NCBI RefSeq assembly: GCF_001194135.2
Contig: NC_068989.1
Span: 21,722,912 to 21,756,726, forward strand
Direction of reading: 5' to 3'
DNA length: 33,815 nucleotides
Source of the DNA: Octopus bimaculoides
Taxonomy: Eukaryota
In this document: positions 21,600 through 33,815 of the stretch, piece by piece
How positions within the stretch are numbered: the stretch's first letter is position 1
How the letters are laid out: the number at the start of each line of letters is the position of its first letter
Made by a program: the position numbers and the translations under genes
The notes under the pieces: generated by a model
Database searches by the model: none
What the model saw: the letters and a program-made list of their open reading frames with translations, nothing else
What the model was told of the DNA's origin: nothing

Positions 21600-23640
21600 T
21601 CTTTATTCAACCCTCTCCGGTAACTTCAACACTCACAATTCTTTTTGACAAGTCACACTAGTTCCATACTAATGCTGTTAGGGTAGAGACCGAATCTTTC
21701 ATAGCCCCCAAAACTCTACATTAATTATTTCCATCCCAAACTCGTATCTCTTTGTTCTCTCTTACTTCCAAACACTTATCTGTCTCTATTATTGGTCGGT
21801 CTGGTTACTGCCTTATCGCAACCACTCACCACACACCATGTATACCTCATCCAACCACCATATCCAGGACCCTATGATATATCAGTTCACTGTTGAATCT
21901 TCGTAAGATCTCTTCTAACTATTCATGGCTACACCTACACTTCCCTCCTGACATATTACAAACAGCTTTACGGATGACTGAACCCCATTTTTAAATAAGT
22001 CTCTCCGCAACCATCCAAAGCAATGCTTACAGCAAATGAACTTAGTAAGTTGTGCGCTCATAGCTGCTTTGCAGCAGTTTAGACTAAGAACACAGTCCAC
22101 ATCCCTCGTAGAAAATCACCCAACCCAACGAATAGGATAAACTTTTACTCAGTACTATACATCCTGCATGACTATCATCTGAACCGCCAAGTATGGCATG
22201 CGTATCGAACAGACCTCAACATGTGGCCGAAGCTTTCTGGGCTTTTTCCAAAACGCTCTCTTTCAACTCCGTGGAATCTTTTTTTATAGCGTCTCAAACA
22301 TGACGGCTCTGTAAACAGAACTCACATAAGAAGTGTCCATATTTACAGTCAACTCCTTACAAGGTATATCTCTTCCTAAACCCCTGTCCATTCTGAACTT
22401 ACCATCATGCCAAGTGTAATAACACATTCACTCCCCCACAAAACAACGTCCCCTCTTCCATTAACCTCAGTCAAACAACCCATAGCTAGCTCTTACTCCT
22501 AATAAATTCTTCCATATCTCTCTACAGATATATCTTGATCTTTGTAAACATACCAGAGTCCAATTCCCAAGAAAGCAGTTTGTTTGACCCAGCCAACTAT
22601 CGTCCCATCATACTCACTCCCATTATCTCAGAGACAGCCATTAGCTTTCCTTGATACCTAGTCTCTCCACCTGGTTTACGTAAAATCAGATCTACTGGTG
22701 ACATTTTTCTATATCATGAAAAGGAATTTGAGGAAAACAGTGTCATCCCCCTCGACAATATAGTAAAGCTTTCGACCGTGTTCGTTATTGAAACCAAGGA
22801 AAACTGCTTGCTTACCAGCAGCCAATTGGATTGGCGGCTTCTCATCAGATTAGTGAGTGTTGAAGCTCCCTCTGTCTAACACTACGAACTTTGATGCACT
22901 CAGGATTCGGTCAATCCTCCCACAGCTCCCCCTATACTTCAGCTACCCACTTACCAACACCCGCAACATCTATTCCTATACAGAAGACACCATTCTTTAT
23001 TCCTGACAAATCTACACTGCCTCCATAAACAGAGACCTGGAAAACATTCTCCAAAAGTCATACCAATCTTATTTCCTTCTACATCTCGAGGATCCAGTCA
23101 GTGCACTTACCGAGAAAAGATTATAGCACCACACCCACTAAACATAAACAGCACACGAGACCCTTCGACGTCACTATAAATGTTACTCATGGAGAACACA
23201 TTCTTAGCAAAACCAAACACTAGTCTTCCTCTCCAGAACTGAAAAATTATTCATCCCCAACTATAAATTCTCTACAAAACACAGCTGAACCCCATGGTGT
23301 ACTCCTCCCATATTTGAGATGGCGGTGCTATTACAACATACAGAGATCGAAGGCCACATCCGAAGGAAAGTTACCCGACTGACTAGAATAAAATAACTCA
23401 CCAACCCACTTCAACTTCTAGATCACAGACATTGTCTCTCTCCACCTTGTAGAGTGGATTCTGATCATCAGAGCAATTGAGTATCATGCCACTTCTACTC
23501 AGGCGCACCCAACTCATCTCGTCACCTACATTTTGTTCACTTTTCTCTAAGCCCTACACTAACTACTAACGCCAGCCTTAGTCCCTCTCAGAATATCGAC
23601 CTTATGGAATACTCCACATTCTGTAGGATTTCAAAAATAA
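21600..23640 (+). mobile_element. Highly decayed CR1/L2/Jockey-group LINE RT region
   Basis: PIPKK..FDPANYRPIILTPIIS (~22560-22630), KAFDRV (22765-22782), IYSYTEDT (YADD-like, 22977-22988), LYKTQLNPMVYSSHI*DGG, S.LWNTP near the end. The 5' boundary is uncertain. Confidence 0.7.
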
Positions 23641-24369
23641 AGTCTGTCAGTTAGGTTTCATGAGTTTCAACAGGCCTATGAGGGTTATGGACGCAGACCT
23701 TTTTTTTAGGTCAAACCAATGAAATTCAAAAACAAAAAAAAAAAAGAGAAAAAAACATTACCTACTAACGAAATTTCTTTACGCAAGACGGAAGTAAGAT
23801 TCATAGTTAAAATGTAAGCATAGAGAAGAAAAACCTGTTTATATTCTTGAAAATTTGTTTTTACACACGTCAAATCTATGGGGAGAAAGATTTTCCTGAG
23901 ACCTTCCCGCAGAGAATACTATTTAAATTTTACTCAGCAGGAACGTGCTAAAATAAATATACATATTATTTTTATAGTTTTAACTTTCACTTTCCCATGC
24001 TTGCAAGAGTCAGACGGAATTCGCTGAGGTAGATTTTCTAGTCAGATGCCCTACCTGCCTCCAAGCGAGATAATATTTCCTTATGGTCAGACAGTTGTTT
24101 GCAGCTATTACGTGATGTTAAGAGAAGGACACGCACAACTTTCATTTCTGTCTATCAAATTCATTTGCAAGGATTTGGTCCGCGTGGAGCTATAGTAAAA
24201 AAAAAAACATTTGGCCAAGCTTGCCAAGTTATACGGTAGAAAAACGAACATCGTAAAAAAGCAATTCCTGAGTCTATAGAACACAAATATCCCGGCAAAT
24301 GAGTAACTTATAAGGAAATGCTTTCTGGTATTTAGATGTGTTGCAATGTTAAGTTCACACCAAACATGG

Positions 24370-24480
24370 TTTCAAATTTTGGCACAAGGGCAGCAATTTC
24401 GAGGGGTGGTGGTGGCGGTATTAAGTCGATTACATCGACCCCAGTGATCAACTGGTACTCATTTTATCAACCACAGAGAG
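24370..24480 (-). mobile_element. SINE A 3' fragment
   Basis: TTCAAATTTTGGCACAAGGGCAGCAATTT..GTCGATTACATCGACCCCAGT matches the copy at 28868. Confidence 0.7.
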
Positions 24481-24563
24481 GAACAAAGAAAAAGATCCCA
24501 AGATATTCATACTATGTAAAAAAAAAAAGTTATCAGGGACAACGGGACATTAACACCTCAGAA

Positions 24564-24858
24564 CAGTGGTTCCCAAATGAGGTGGTACTGCCCCCACACC
24601 TGGGGGCTGTGGAAAGATACAGGAGGACAGGACATTGAAAAAGATTGGGACGATAATGGGGTGGCCAAATGAGGACAATGGCTGTATAAACAAAAAAGTA
24701 ATGGGCTAATTACGTTAAGTTTTATTTGTGAAATACAGTTGTTGTGAAACTACTTCAGAAAGTGGTCTATGTTTGTGGTGAGTGAGAGAGGGGGGGGGGC
24801 TAAGAATTTGGCCTGGGCATCAAGGGGGCGGCATACCGAAAAAGTTTGGGAACCACTG
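24564..24858. mobile_element. hAT/Charlie-type MITE, 295 bp
   Basis: Perfect 14-bp TIR CAGTGGTTCCCAAA / TTTGGGAACCACTG; 8-bp flanks CCTCAGAA and CTTTAGAA (6/8 identical, close to the Charlie NTCTAGAN preference). Confidence 0.85.
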
Positions 24859-25304
24859 CTTTAGAAGATTACAGTTGGTGTCTAACAAGTGTGTTACCTG
24901 GCAAAAAAATTATCGAAAATCATTAAAGACGTCTTTTCTTCCACACTTGTTTATGACTCTGTAGAGTTTTAATGCTAATAAAAACAATTTTCCAATGTTA
25001 AGTCATCATTAACTTCTTTTTTTTTTTTTGTAACTTTACTTCTTTAAGCATTCAAAAATTGAAAATTTTAACTGCAAGATGAAATTTGATAAAATACTGA
25101 GTTGAAAAACTGAAAATGGTTGAGTAACACTACTATTTTCGAATTTATCTGAGCCAGATTGTAAAGATTCAGTTGAAGAAAACTCCGACAACACAAAAAC
25201 TTTACAAAATGCAGGCCTAATCGTTTTCTATATACATAATTTACAAACACACATAACATAATATACAAGACATATGTTATAAACATAATATGTAATGCAT
25301 AATC

Positions 25305-25692
25305 ATCTTTTTAATGTCTACATGGGCCAGACAGAATTTGTTGAGGCAGATTTTCCACGGCAAGATGCACTTCCTGTCGCCAACCCTCACCTGTTTCCAA
25401 GCAAGGAAATATTTCACCCTCCCCCCTCCGCCTTGGCCGGTCATTTTCACGGAAGTTTAGAAATGAAGGACATACTGCATGTACGACGGTGACGCTCGTT
25501 TTACAACCATCACGTGGTGTCGTGACAAAAAAGAAAAAAAAAACATTTTCCTCTATACATACGCACGCACGACATCCACCAAATTCACTCACAAAGCTTT
25601 GGTCATCTCGGACTTAGAAGTCCCCACGCAGTGGGATTGAACCTGAAACTATATGGATGGGAAGCGAACTTTTTAACCGCACAGCTATGACC
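25305..25692 (-). mobile_element. SINE family B variant: same tRNA head, different 3' half
   Basis: Minus strand ATAGCTGTGCGGTTAAAAAG..GGTTCAATCCCACTGCGTG..GTGAGTGAATTTGGTGGA, then an unrelated tail (GGGTTGGCGACAGGAAGTGCATC..AAATTCTGTC). Confidence 0.7.
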
Positions 25693-28164
25693 ACTTTTAA
25701 ACATTCAAACATAAATGATACATTAGTCACTCACAAGTGAGTACGACTTAGTAGCATGTATCAGACTTTCGCTGTTTACAGTGACATGTAGCCATAAGCA
25801 GACACAGAAGCCATTTTCACCATCAGACATATTAGCATGGCAGATCATATAGGAAGTAGCAGCTGGAAAGAGGGAAGGCTCCACCAACAATACACTGATG
25901 CTTATTTCCAGATGAACAGACTGGACTAACATGAATTGAAGTGCTTTGCTCATGGACAATACGTCACGGCATATAGGAATAGAACCCACGACCCATATTT
26001 ACATAATGCAATAGTCATTATATGTGTAACATATTACATAAATGTACATACATGTACATATACAAGTATATGCGTTCGTATATACATATCTAGACATGAT
26101 GATACATACATGTGCGTGTATATCATGTGCATACATGTTTCAGGAAGGGCATCCAGCTGTAATACATTGCTTCAGAAAGTCCCATCCAATGCCTGCCAGC
26201 ATGGAAAAGAGATTGCAAAAACAACAACAAATGTTTCACGCACGCGCACACAAACAAACAAAACACCAGACCAGTTTGTCTTATGAAGAATCAATTGTCA
26301 AGACAGAAGTGGTGATGTCACGAGTAAAGGATGAAAGTCATTTCACATAGATGATTAGTTGTTGAAAATATTCTTCTGTCTCTTGTCGCCAGTATTCATC
26401 TGAGAAGTGTGAGACACTAACGGGAAACCAAGAAGGAACCTGTGATAACTCATCCTGCAAGATCACATGACAAAAGTGATTCTATATTTATTTGGAATAG
26501 ATTACAATGTATTTTATTCTGTGATCTTTAACTTCAAACTATCAAATTAAGCAAAGATAGATTCAAGGAGAATCTCTCCTACTTAAGCAGCTTCTTCCCA
26601 CTGCCAACTCACTCTTTGTCACATATTTACTAGTTTTCCTAGATAAAACTCCTACATAAATTATACATACCAATAAGAGTGTAAGCACATCGGCTCACAC
26701 ACATATATAAGACAGATGTACCCGAAGCCTTAGGGATGGAAAAATTAAGAGCATTGCCTTAAGAACTAATCCAATATCAACCACCAAGATACAATTGTTT
26801 AGCTACATGTCGTTACCAAATTTGTATGATCGAAGACTTTCTACCTATAACCATAGTAAATTTTGTTTATCTAAGATTTCATGAACTCAGCAGCTCCAAC
26901 TAATTTTAAGGTGGTAGGATATGATTTCAGAGTTCTGGCTGCAATTTTTAGCAGAACAAACGACCATGTAGAAAAGGCATGGGCAACGTTTTCTGAAAAC
27001 TGGGCTGCGTAAGACATGGCTCATCATCAAGTGGACCACACTACTAAAAAAATTAAAGGTAATTTTTCATTTAGGCATACCATTCACAAAGTCCCTTGAA
27101 CTGCAGTTTGCTCATAACTGATGAAGAAGCTCCTTCGCTGGCTCCAATATAATTAAAATGAGGTGTTAGTAGGTTAGTATTTCATCCTCTCAATGAATAT
27201 GGGCAATCAAAATAAAGGCTTCTGAATTAGACACAAGGTATCTCATTTTGAAGAAAAGAATGAGATTCCTTCTTCTCAACAATGGAGCTTATCTGATGAT
27301 ATATAGGGTTAGTCCCTTGGTTGTTTTTTTTTAATTGCACTGACAATCTAAAGTGGAAAGAAAAATAAAAGGTCTTGGCAGGATTATAATTTAGAATGTT
27401 AAGGTTTGTAATTAAATACGAGGTATTTTGTTCAGCACCACCATTCAGAAACTCACCCCTATGCTAAGGAGAAGGATTTCTAACATGGGCATATGGTCAG
27501 TTCTGTAGCTTCACAAGGTTCTTATTTAATCAACATTAGAAAGATGAAAGACTAACAGAAATTTAAATGCATAAAAGACACACAGGATCACAGGATTTGA
27601 ATTCAGAACATAAGAGCAAGTAACTAAATATTGCAAAGCATTTTCTCCAGCTGTTTACTGAACTTTGCTATCAATTTCTCTATTTTGTCTATCACATTTA
27701 TAATGATAATAGTTATGGTAATTACACAGGATATACAATCAGTCACATCAACCTAATGAAACTGAAAAAGACTTGATGACATTTGAACTGTAAAAAGATG
27801 TAATCAAATGCTGCAGAGTAAAATTCATTTTGCCAATCTATTACCTAAGGGAGATGACAATAGTAATCTTTAATGAGGATTCAAAGGTACAAATTTGAGG
27901 GAAGGGAAGGTGATCTGATGCCCAGTTGATGACACCCACTGCTGAGCATCTCCAAAGTATCTACTTCATACATAGCTAATGATTTCTTACATTAGCATAG
28001 GACCAAAAACAGTGGAACAGACAACTAAGTTGAAACCAGTAACTGAGTTTAAGACTTCTAGAGGTGATAAAATAAGTACCAGTTGACTCCGGCTGGAATT
28101 GAAATCACAATGTAAAGGGATGCAAAGTATTTATTCCATCATTCACCCATCTGTTACCCATAAA

Positions 28165-29822
28165 TAATTCCTTCTATTATAGGCACAAGACCTGAAATTT
28201 GGGGGAGGGGAATAGTCGATTTCATTGACCCCAGTATTCAACTGATACTTTATCGACCCCAAAAGGATGAAAGGCAAAGTCAACCTCAGCAGAATTTGAA
28301 CTCAGAACATCAAGACGGACGAAATGCCACTAAGTATTTAGCCCGGTGTGCTAACAATTCTGCCAGCTCGCTGCCTTGTTACCCATAAAAATAATAATTA
28401 TAATCCTTCCTACTCAAGGCACAAGGCCTGAAATTTGTTGGGAGGAGCCTAGTCAATCACATTGACCTCAGTGTTTCACTGGTACTTAATTTATTAACCC
28501 CAAAAGGATGAAGAGCAAAGTCGACCTCAGTAGAATTGGAACTCTCAGAACCTAAAGATAAACAAAATGCCACTTAGCATTTTGCCCAGCGTACTAATGA
28601 TTCTGCCAGCTCACCACCACAATAATAATTTTTTCTACTAAAGGCACAAGGCCTGAAATTTGTGGGGAGGAGACTAGTCGATTACAACAACCCCAGTGTT
28701 TCATTGGTCTTAATTTATCAACCACGAAAGGATGAAAGACAAAGTTGACCTCAGCAAAATTTGAACTCCGAACATAAAGATGGATGAAATGCTGCAATGT
28801 ATTTTGCCCAGCGTGCTAAGAATTCTGCCAGCTTGCCACAATAATAATAATAATAATAATAATAATATTGGTTTCAAATTTTGCCACAAGGGCAGCAATT
28901 TTGGGGGAGGGGATGAGTTGAATACATCGACCCCAGTGTTCAACTGGTTTTTATTTTACCAAGGATGAAAAGTAAAGATGCCCTCAGCAGAATTTGAACT
29001 CAGAACGTAGTGATGGGCGAAATACTGCTAAGCATTTCATCCGGCATGCTAACAATTCTTCCAGCTCATTGCCTTCCTGTTCATAATAATAGTAGTAGTA
29101 ATAATAATAATAATAATAGGAAGAAAAATTGCTAACATAGGCATAAGCTCTCAGATTTTGAGGTGAAGGGCATAGTTGACAATACTGATCGCAGTACCTG
29201 ACTGATACTCTTTTATTGATCTTGGAAAGATTAAAGTCAACACTACTCTGGTGCAATTCAAAGTCAGAACATAAACGGGTGTAGCTGAATACCACACAGC
29301 ATTTTGCATCACTTTTCTACCATTTCAATCAATCCACATCCTTGATAATGATGATGATAGTGATAGTAATAACATGTTTCTAATTTAGCCACAAAACCAG
29401 CATTTCTCAGGAGAGGAGTTAGTCGATATCATCGCCCCAGTACATTACTGGTATTTTATTTCATCGACCCTGGAGAGATGAAAGCAAAGTTGACTTTGAA
29501 CTCAGAATGTAAAGAACCAAAAGAAATACTGCCAAGCATTTTCTCCAATGCTTGAACAATTCTGAAAATCCACCACCCTAATAACAACATATGATAATAG
29601 TTTCTTTCTAATTCTGGAACAAGGCCAGTATTTTTGAGGGAAGGAGGCAAGTCAATTACATTGACCCCAGTATTTAACTGGTACTTTATTTTATCAACTC
29701 CAAAAGGATGAAAGGCAAAGTTGACCTCGACAGGATTTGAACTCAGAGCCTTGAAGGGCCAGAAGAAATGCGGCTAAGCATTTTGTCCAATGTGCTAATG
29801 GTCCTGCCAGCTCACTGCCTTG
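28165..29822 (-). mobile_element. Cluster of seven co-oriented SINE A copies separated by (TAA)n-like spacers
   Basis: Copies at ~28165, 28405, 28630, 28868, 29128, 29372 and 29600, most with the TTGAACTCAGAAC B-box complement. The first is flanked by 13-bp TGTTACCCATAAA (28152-28164, 28377-28389). Confidence 0.85.
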
Positions 29823-30083
29823 ACAATAACAATAATGATAATAAATAATAATGAAGATAATAATAAATTTGTCAAAATAATCAATGCCTAGTGTAATGGC
29901 TAAACAAGCAGGTACTGTCGATAGCAAGATTCCTGACAATCTCTTTGTACAGTTCAAATAGAGACCGTTCTAGTCTCCAAAAACTGATTGACTGCAGTTT
30001 TTTTTTCTTTGAGTTTTCAATTCATGTAATGAGAACATGCACAGCATATGCTGCTATTTTTGTGTCTGTAAAAGAGAGATATA

Positions 30084-30086
<3 letters not shown>

Positions 30087-30153
<67 letters not shown>

Positions 30154-30396
30154 CATACGTGTCTATTGGTGTGGGTGTGAATACGTGTCCATTTGTTTGA
30201 GTTGACATAAGCATTTATGTCTATGTTTAAGTGCGTATGTGTATGTGTGTGTGTGTGTGTGTGTGTGCGTGCGTACATATAAATGAGTGTGAGTTTACAC
30301 ATATGTAAATATGTGCATGTATTATCCTGAATATGCACACACATATTTCTGTATCAGTACATGTGCATTCAGTATGCATGCACGTATAGTGGCATG

Positions 30397-30452
<56 letters not shown>
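30087..30452. repeat. (TG)n and (CA)n microsatellite cluster
   Basis: Directly visible. Confidence 0.9.
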
Positions 30453-30456
<4 letters not shown>

Positions 30457-30849
30457 GATGTTGTAAATGGAATAATTATAATTTAAGTCACATTGCTTAC
30501 AAAAATTTTTTTTTTTTTTTTTTTAAATCTTAGCAAGTGAAAGAGGGTTGCTTTAATGTTTGATGTGAGCTAGAGTTAAAGGAAAAAGAAGATACTGGGC
30601 TAACTGTATGAGAGTGGCAATTGGAAATAAATAGTCAAAAACTCCAACACAGAGTGGGTCATCATGGCAGGTGAAGATGGTAGAAAAGAGACTTTCTGTC
30701 CCAAATATTACTGCACAGACAACTTCTCCAGAGAAAATGCATGGATCTTGAAATGACGACACATCTGACACACCTGCAAGAAATAAGAACAACATATGTA
30801 TTTAGAAGACTCACATGTGTTTTTATTTATTTTTTAAATTTTTTATTAA

Positions 30850-31229
30850 CCCTTTAGCATTTAAATCAGCCATATCTAGCCCAAATATCCCAAATATTCT
30901 GCTAGTTTTATGCTGGTAATGGCCATATTCACAGCCTCTCACACCTACCCTATAATGTCATTCTAAAAATANNNNNNNNNNNNNNNNNNNNNNNNNNNNN
31001 NNNNNNNNNNNNNNNNNNNNNNNNNNNNNNNNNNNNNNNNNNNNNNNNNNNNNNNNNNNNNNNNNNNNNNNCCATATTCACAGCCTCTCACACCTACCCT
31101 ATAATGTCATTCTAAAAATAAACAATCACATCTTTGAAATTTAAAAGCTACGAGACGATGCATGGCTAATTCAAAACAATGCAAATAAATAAGCATTACA
31201 TTGGACAGAATAACCTGAATGCTAAAGGG
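30850..31229. mobile_element. piggyBac-type MITE with TTAA TSD (contains N gap)
   Basis: TTAA|CCCTTTAGCATT ... AATGCTAAAGGG|TTAA; 12-bp TIR. Confidence 0.85.
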
Positions 31230-31771
31230 TTAATTAATGGTTTAATCAGAGAGGCAACAATTAGTATCTTTTCAGGGTCTCTGAGACTGGTGGGCAGAAA
31301 GGGAGAAAGCATCTGTCACCATGAGTTGCAGCCAGTGCTGGATTGAAGCATGAGCTACAAGTTCTGTGATACTCATTAACTTCTCATTTAATCAGCCACT
31401 GGAGGCCCCTGGGCTGCAGCTCCAGAAGTGCAGGTTTTTATCCAGTACTGGTTGAAACTCATGAGTCACAGTCGCTTTCTCCCTATATTTATGTTGTTTG
31501 TGTTGGTGAGTATGAATAGATGGACAGACAGAGAGATAAATAAATAGCCATCAGAACATCAGATACATAGCTTTGTGATTATTGACCCAGCTTATTGTGC
31601 TCTGTCTTCAAATATCACCAAGGTCAACTACTATGACATTCATCCTTTTGTGGTCAATAAAGTCATGTATTAGACTCAATATTTCTTGTTTTGTCACAAT
31701 CTGTCTTTCTCTCATTTGGAAGAAATTAGCTGTGCTCAAACTTGTAGAAGGATGAGCCATGCTAGGTTTAA

Positions 31772-31990
31772 CCCTTTAGTGTTCACATTATTCTACCAAA
31801 ATTAATGCTTTTTTATCNNNNNNNNNNNNNNNNNNNNNNNNNNNNNNNNNNNNNNNNNNNNNNNNNNNNNNNNNNNNNNNNNNNNNNNNNNNNNNNNNNN
31901 NNNNNNNNNNNNNNNNNNNNNNNNNNNNNNNNNNNNNNNNNNNNGGCAGAATACTTTTGGCTGGATATGGCCAGTTTAAATGCTAAAGGG
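31772..31990. mobile_element. Second copy of the piggyBac-type MITE, opposite orientation (contains N gap)
   Basis: TTAA|CCCTTTAG ... GGATATGGCCAGTTTAAATGCTAAAGGG|TTAA; its right end is the reverse complement of the first copy's left end. Confidence 0.8.
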
Positions 31991-32783
31991 TTAAACAGGC
32001 CTAAGACCCATCCTCTCGCCAAATTGGGGAAGGCCACACTGCTGCTAAAGACTATGACACACACAAACAAAGACACAAATGCACGTGTACATAAGGATAC
32101 ACATCTTGGAAGAACAGAGTGGAGTATGTGGAGCAAGAACACAAAAATGAAAAGTGTCGCTGAAGAGGTCACAGATGTNNNNNNNNNNGGAGCAAGAACA
32201 CAAAAATGAAAAGTGTCGCTGAAGAGGTCACAGATGTGGGATGAAAGATTTCCAGACAATGGAAAAGAGTTAAAATAATAAAATAAGAACAGTAATAAAT
32301 AAGTGTAGAAAAAATATATAGTGAGTGTGTTTATTAAGAAAAAAAAAAAAAANNNNNNNNNNAAAAAAAAAAAAAATGACCATCCCAAAATACATGTTTC
32401 AACATACAATTTCACATCAGGGATCTTGCAAAATGAATTAAGACATATACACATACATGTATGTACGTATATATATATAACCCTGAAATTCGGATCCATT
32501 CGTGCTACAGATCATGGTGAGAGGGGTAACTTCCCTTGGCAAACAGGANNNNNNNNNNNNNNNNNNNNNNNNNNNNNNNNNNNNNNNNNNNNNNNNNNNN
32601 NNNNNNNNNNNNNNNNNNNNNNNNNNNNNNNNNNNNNNNNNNNNNNNNNNNNNNNNNNNNNNNNNNNNNNNNNNNNNNNNNNNNNNNNNNNNNNNNNNNN
32701 NNNNNNNNNNNNNNNNNNNNNNNNNNNNNNNNNNNNNNNNNNNNNNNNNNNNNNNNNNNNNNNNNNNNNNNNNNNNNNNNNNN

Positions 32784-32825
<42 letters not shown>

Positions 32826-33340
32826 CACATACATACATATATATACTATATATAAAAGAAAACAAATGGAACAAGAACATAACAGGTGACAACAAAACAT
32901 CCTGACAGACAATACAAAAAAGGACAGGAAAAAACAAGGACGAGTTGCAGATTATCTTTGCAGTTTTGGCCGGTTATACTTGAGATTGCTCCAATCTGGC
33001 CAGCCCAAAGAAAATCTAAGCTAAGAGTACTAGACTCCTTGGAAGAAAGCAAGCAAATGTATACAAAAACAAAGATAAAAAAAAACAGAGAAATGGTACA
33101 CAATTACAAATACAAACAGGACATAAACAACAGGTGTCTTTTGACTAAGGACGAATTAAATTAAGCTGGCATGTGNNNNNNNNNNTTGACTAAGGACGAA
33201 TTAAATTAAGCTGGCATGTGTGAAAGTGAAGTCTTACAGCAGGAACGTAAGAGATGAAGGTCATGGGAAGGAATATAACAGATGCTACACAGATGGTAGT
33301 CAAACCAAGAAAGAAAGGTCAGGCTTGGTAGAACATCGGT

Positions 33341-33372
<32 letters not shown>

Positions 33373-33815
33373 CATATATATNNNNNNNNNNNNNNNNNNN
33401 NNNNNNNNNNNNNNNNNNNNNNNNNNNNNNNNNNNNNNNNNNNNNNNNNNNNNNNNNNNNNNNNNNNNNNNNNNNNNNNNNNNNNNNNNNNNNNNNNNNN
33501 NNNNNNNNNNNNNNNNNNNNNNNNNNNNNNNNNNNNNNNNNNNNNNNNNNNNNNNNNNNNNNNNNNNNNNNNNNNNNNNNNNNNNNNNNNNNNNNNATGA
33601 TGATGATGATGATGATGAATGAGAATATTACATTGTTATAAAAGACCATAATCATCTGAGAATGTTACAAAACAAAGGAATATCTCAAGAATACAGCAGG
33701 GATGTGGCTAAAGTCTGTTGAGGCCAAGCATGTTGGCCATTTAGGTTAAGAATGTAGTTCTTGAAAGTGTGTAATTTATCTAAGGTAAGTGTATGTGTGT
33801 GTTTGTGTGTGTGTG

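Noticed and set aside
26390-26470. Acceptor-like TTCTGTCTCTTGTCGCCAG followed by a 25-codon frame
   Set aside because: Too short and without homology; expected by chance in 34 kb.
28165-29822. Repeat-spacer periodicity reminiscent of CRISPR
   Set aside because: Units are ~210-bp SINEs with Pol III boxes in a eukaryotic context; no cas genes.
31072-31110. Direct repeat of ~30933-30971 inside the piggyBac-type MITE
   Set aside because: Identical sequence on both sides of a 100-N gap; assembly artefact.
32130-32237. ~49-bp direct repeat (GGAGCAAGAACAC..CACAGATGT)
   Set aside because: Flanks a 10-N gap; assembly overlap. The same applies at 33137-33217.
33286-33330. YTDGSQTKKERSG, resembling the first motif of retroelement RNase H
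   Set aside because: Only one short motif before a microsatellite and gap; no further RNase H residues can be seen.

Overview
AT-rich, microsatellite-dense, gap-containing eukaryotic scaffold that looks intronic or intergenic. The SINE families and repeat style point to an Octopus genome (inference from recalled families, not a database search). No intact host protein-coding gene is supported; nearly all listed ORFs are microsatellite, N-gap or transposon translations. Recognisable content: a 5'-truncated R4/Dong-clade retrotransposon inside a (TAA)n array; three decayed copies of one Tx1/L1-like LINE family; a decayed CR1/Jockey-group LINE; mariner and Tc1 transposase relics; a hAT/Charlie-type MITE; two TTAA-flanked piggyBac-type MITEs; and many copies of two tRNA-derived SINE families. 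Best leads: (i) a 283-bp Penelope-like insertion with a 13-bp TSD carrying two inverted minimal hammerhead ribozyme copies with complementary defects; (ii) a perfect 360-bp inverted repeat, one arm of which interrupts an old LINE; (iii) a SINE copy whose 3' tail matches the 3' end of the Tx1-like LINE; (iv) several elements accumulating in (TAA)n tracts, including an unclassified ~545-bp element; (v) a perfect 108-bp foldback. All alignments and translations were done by eye.
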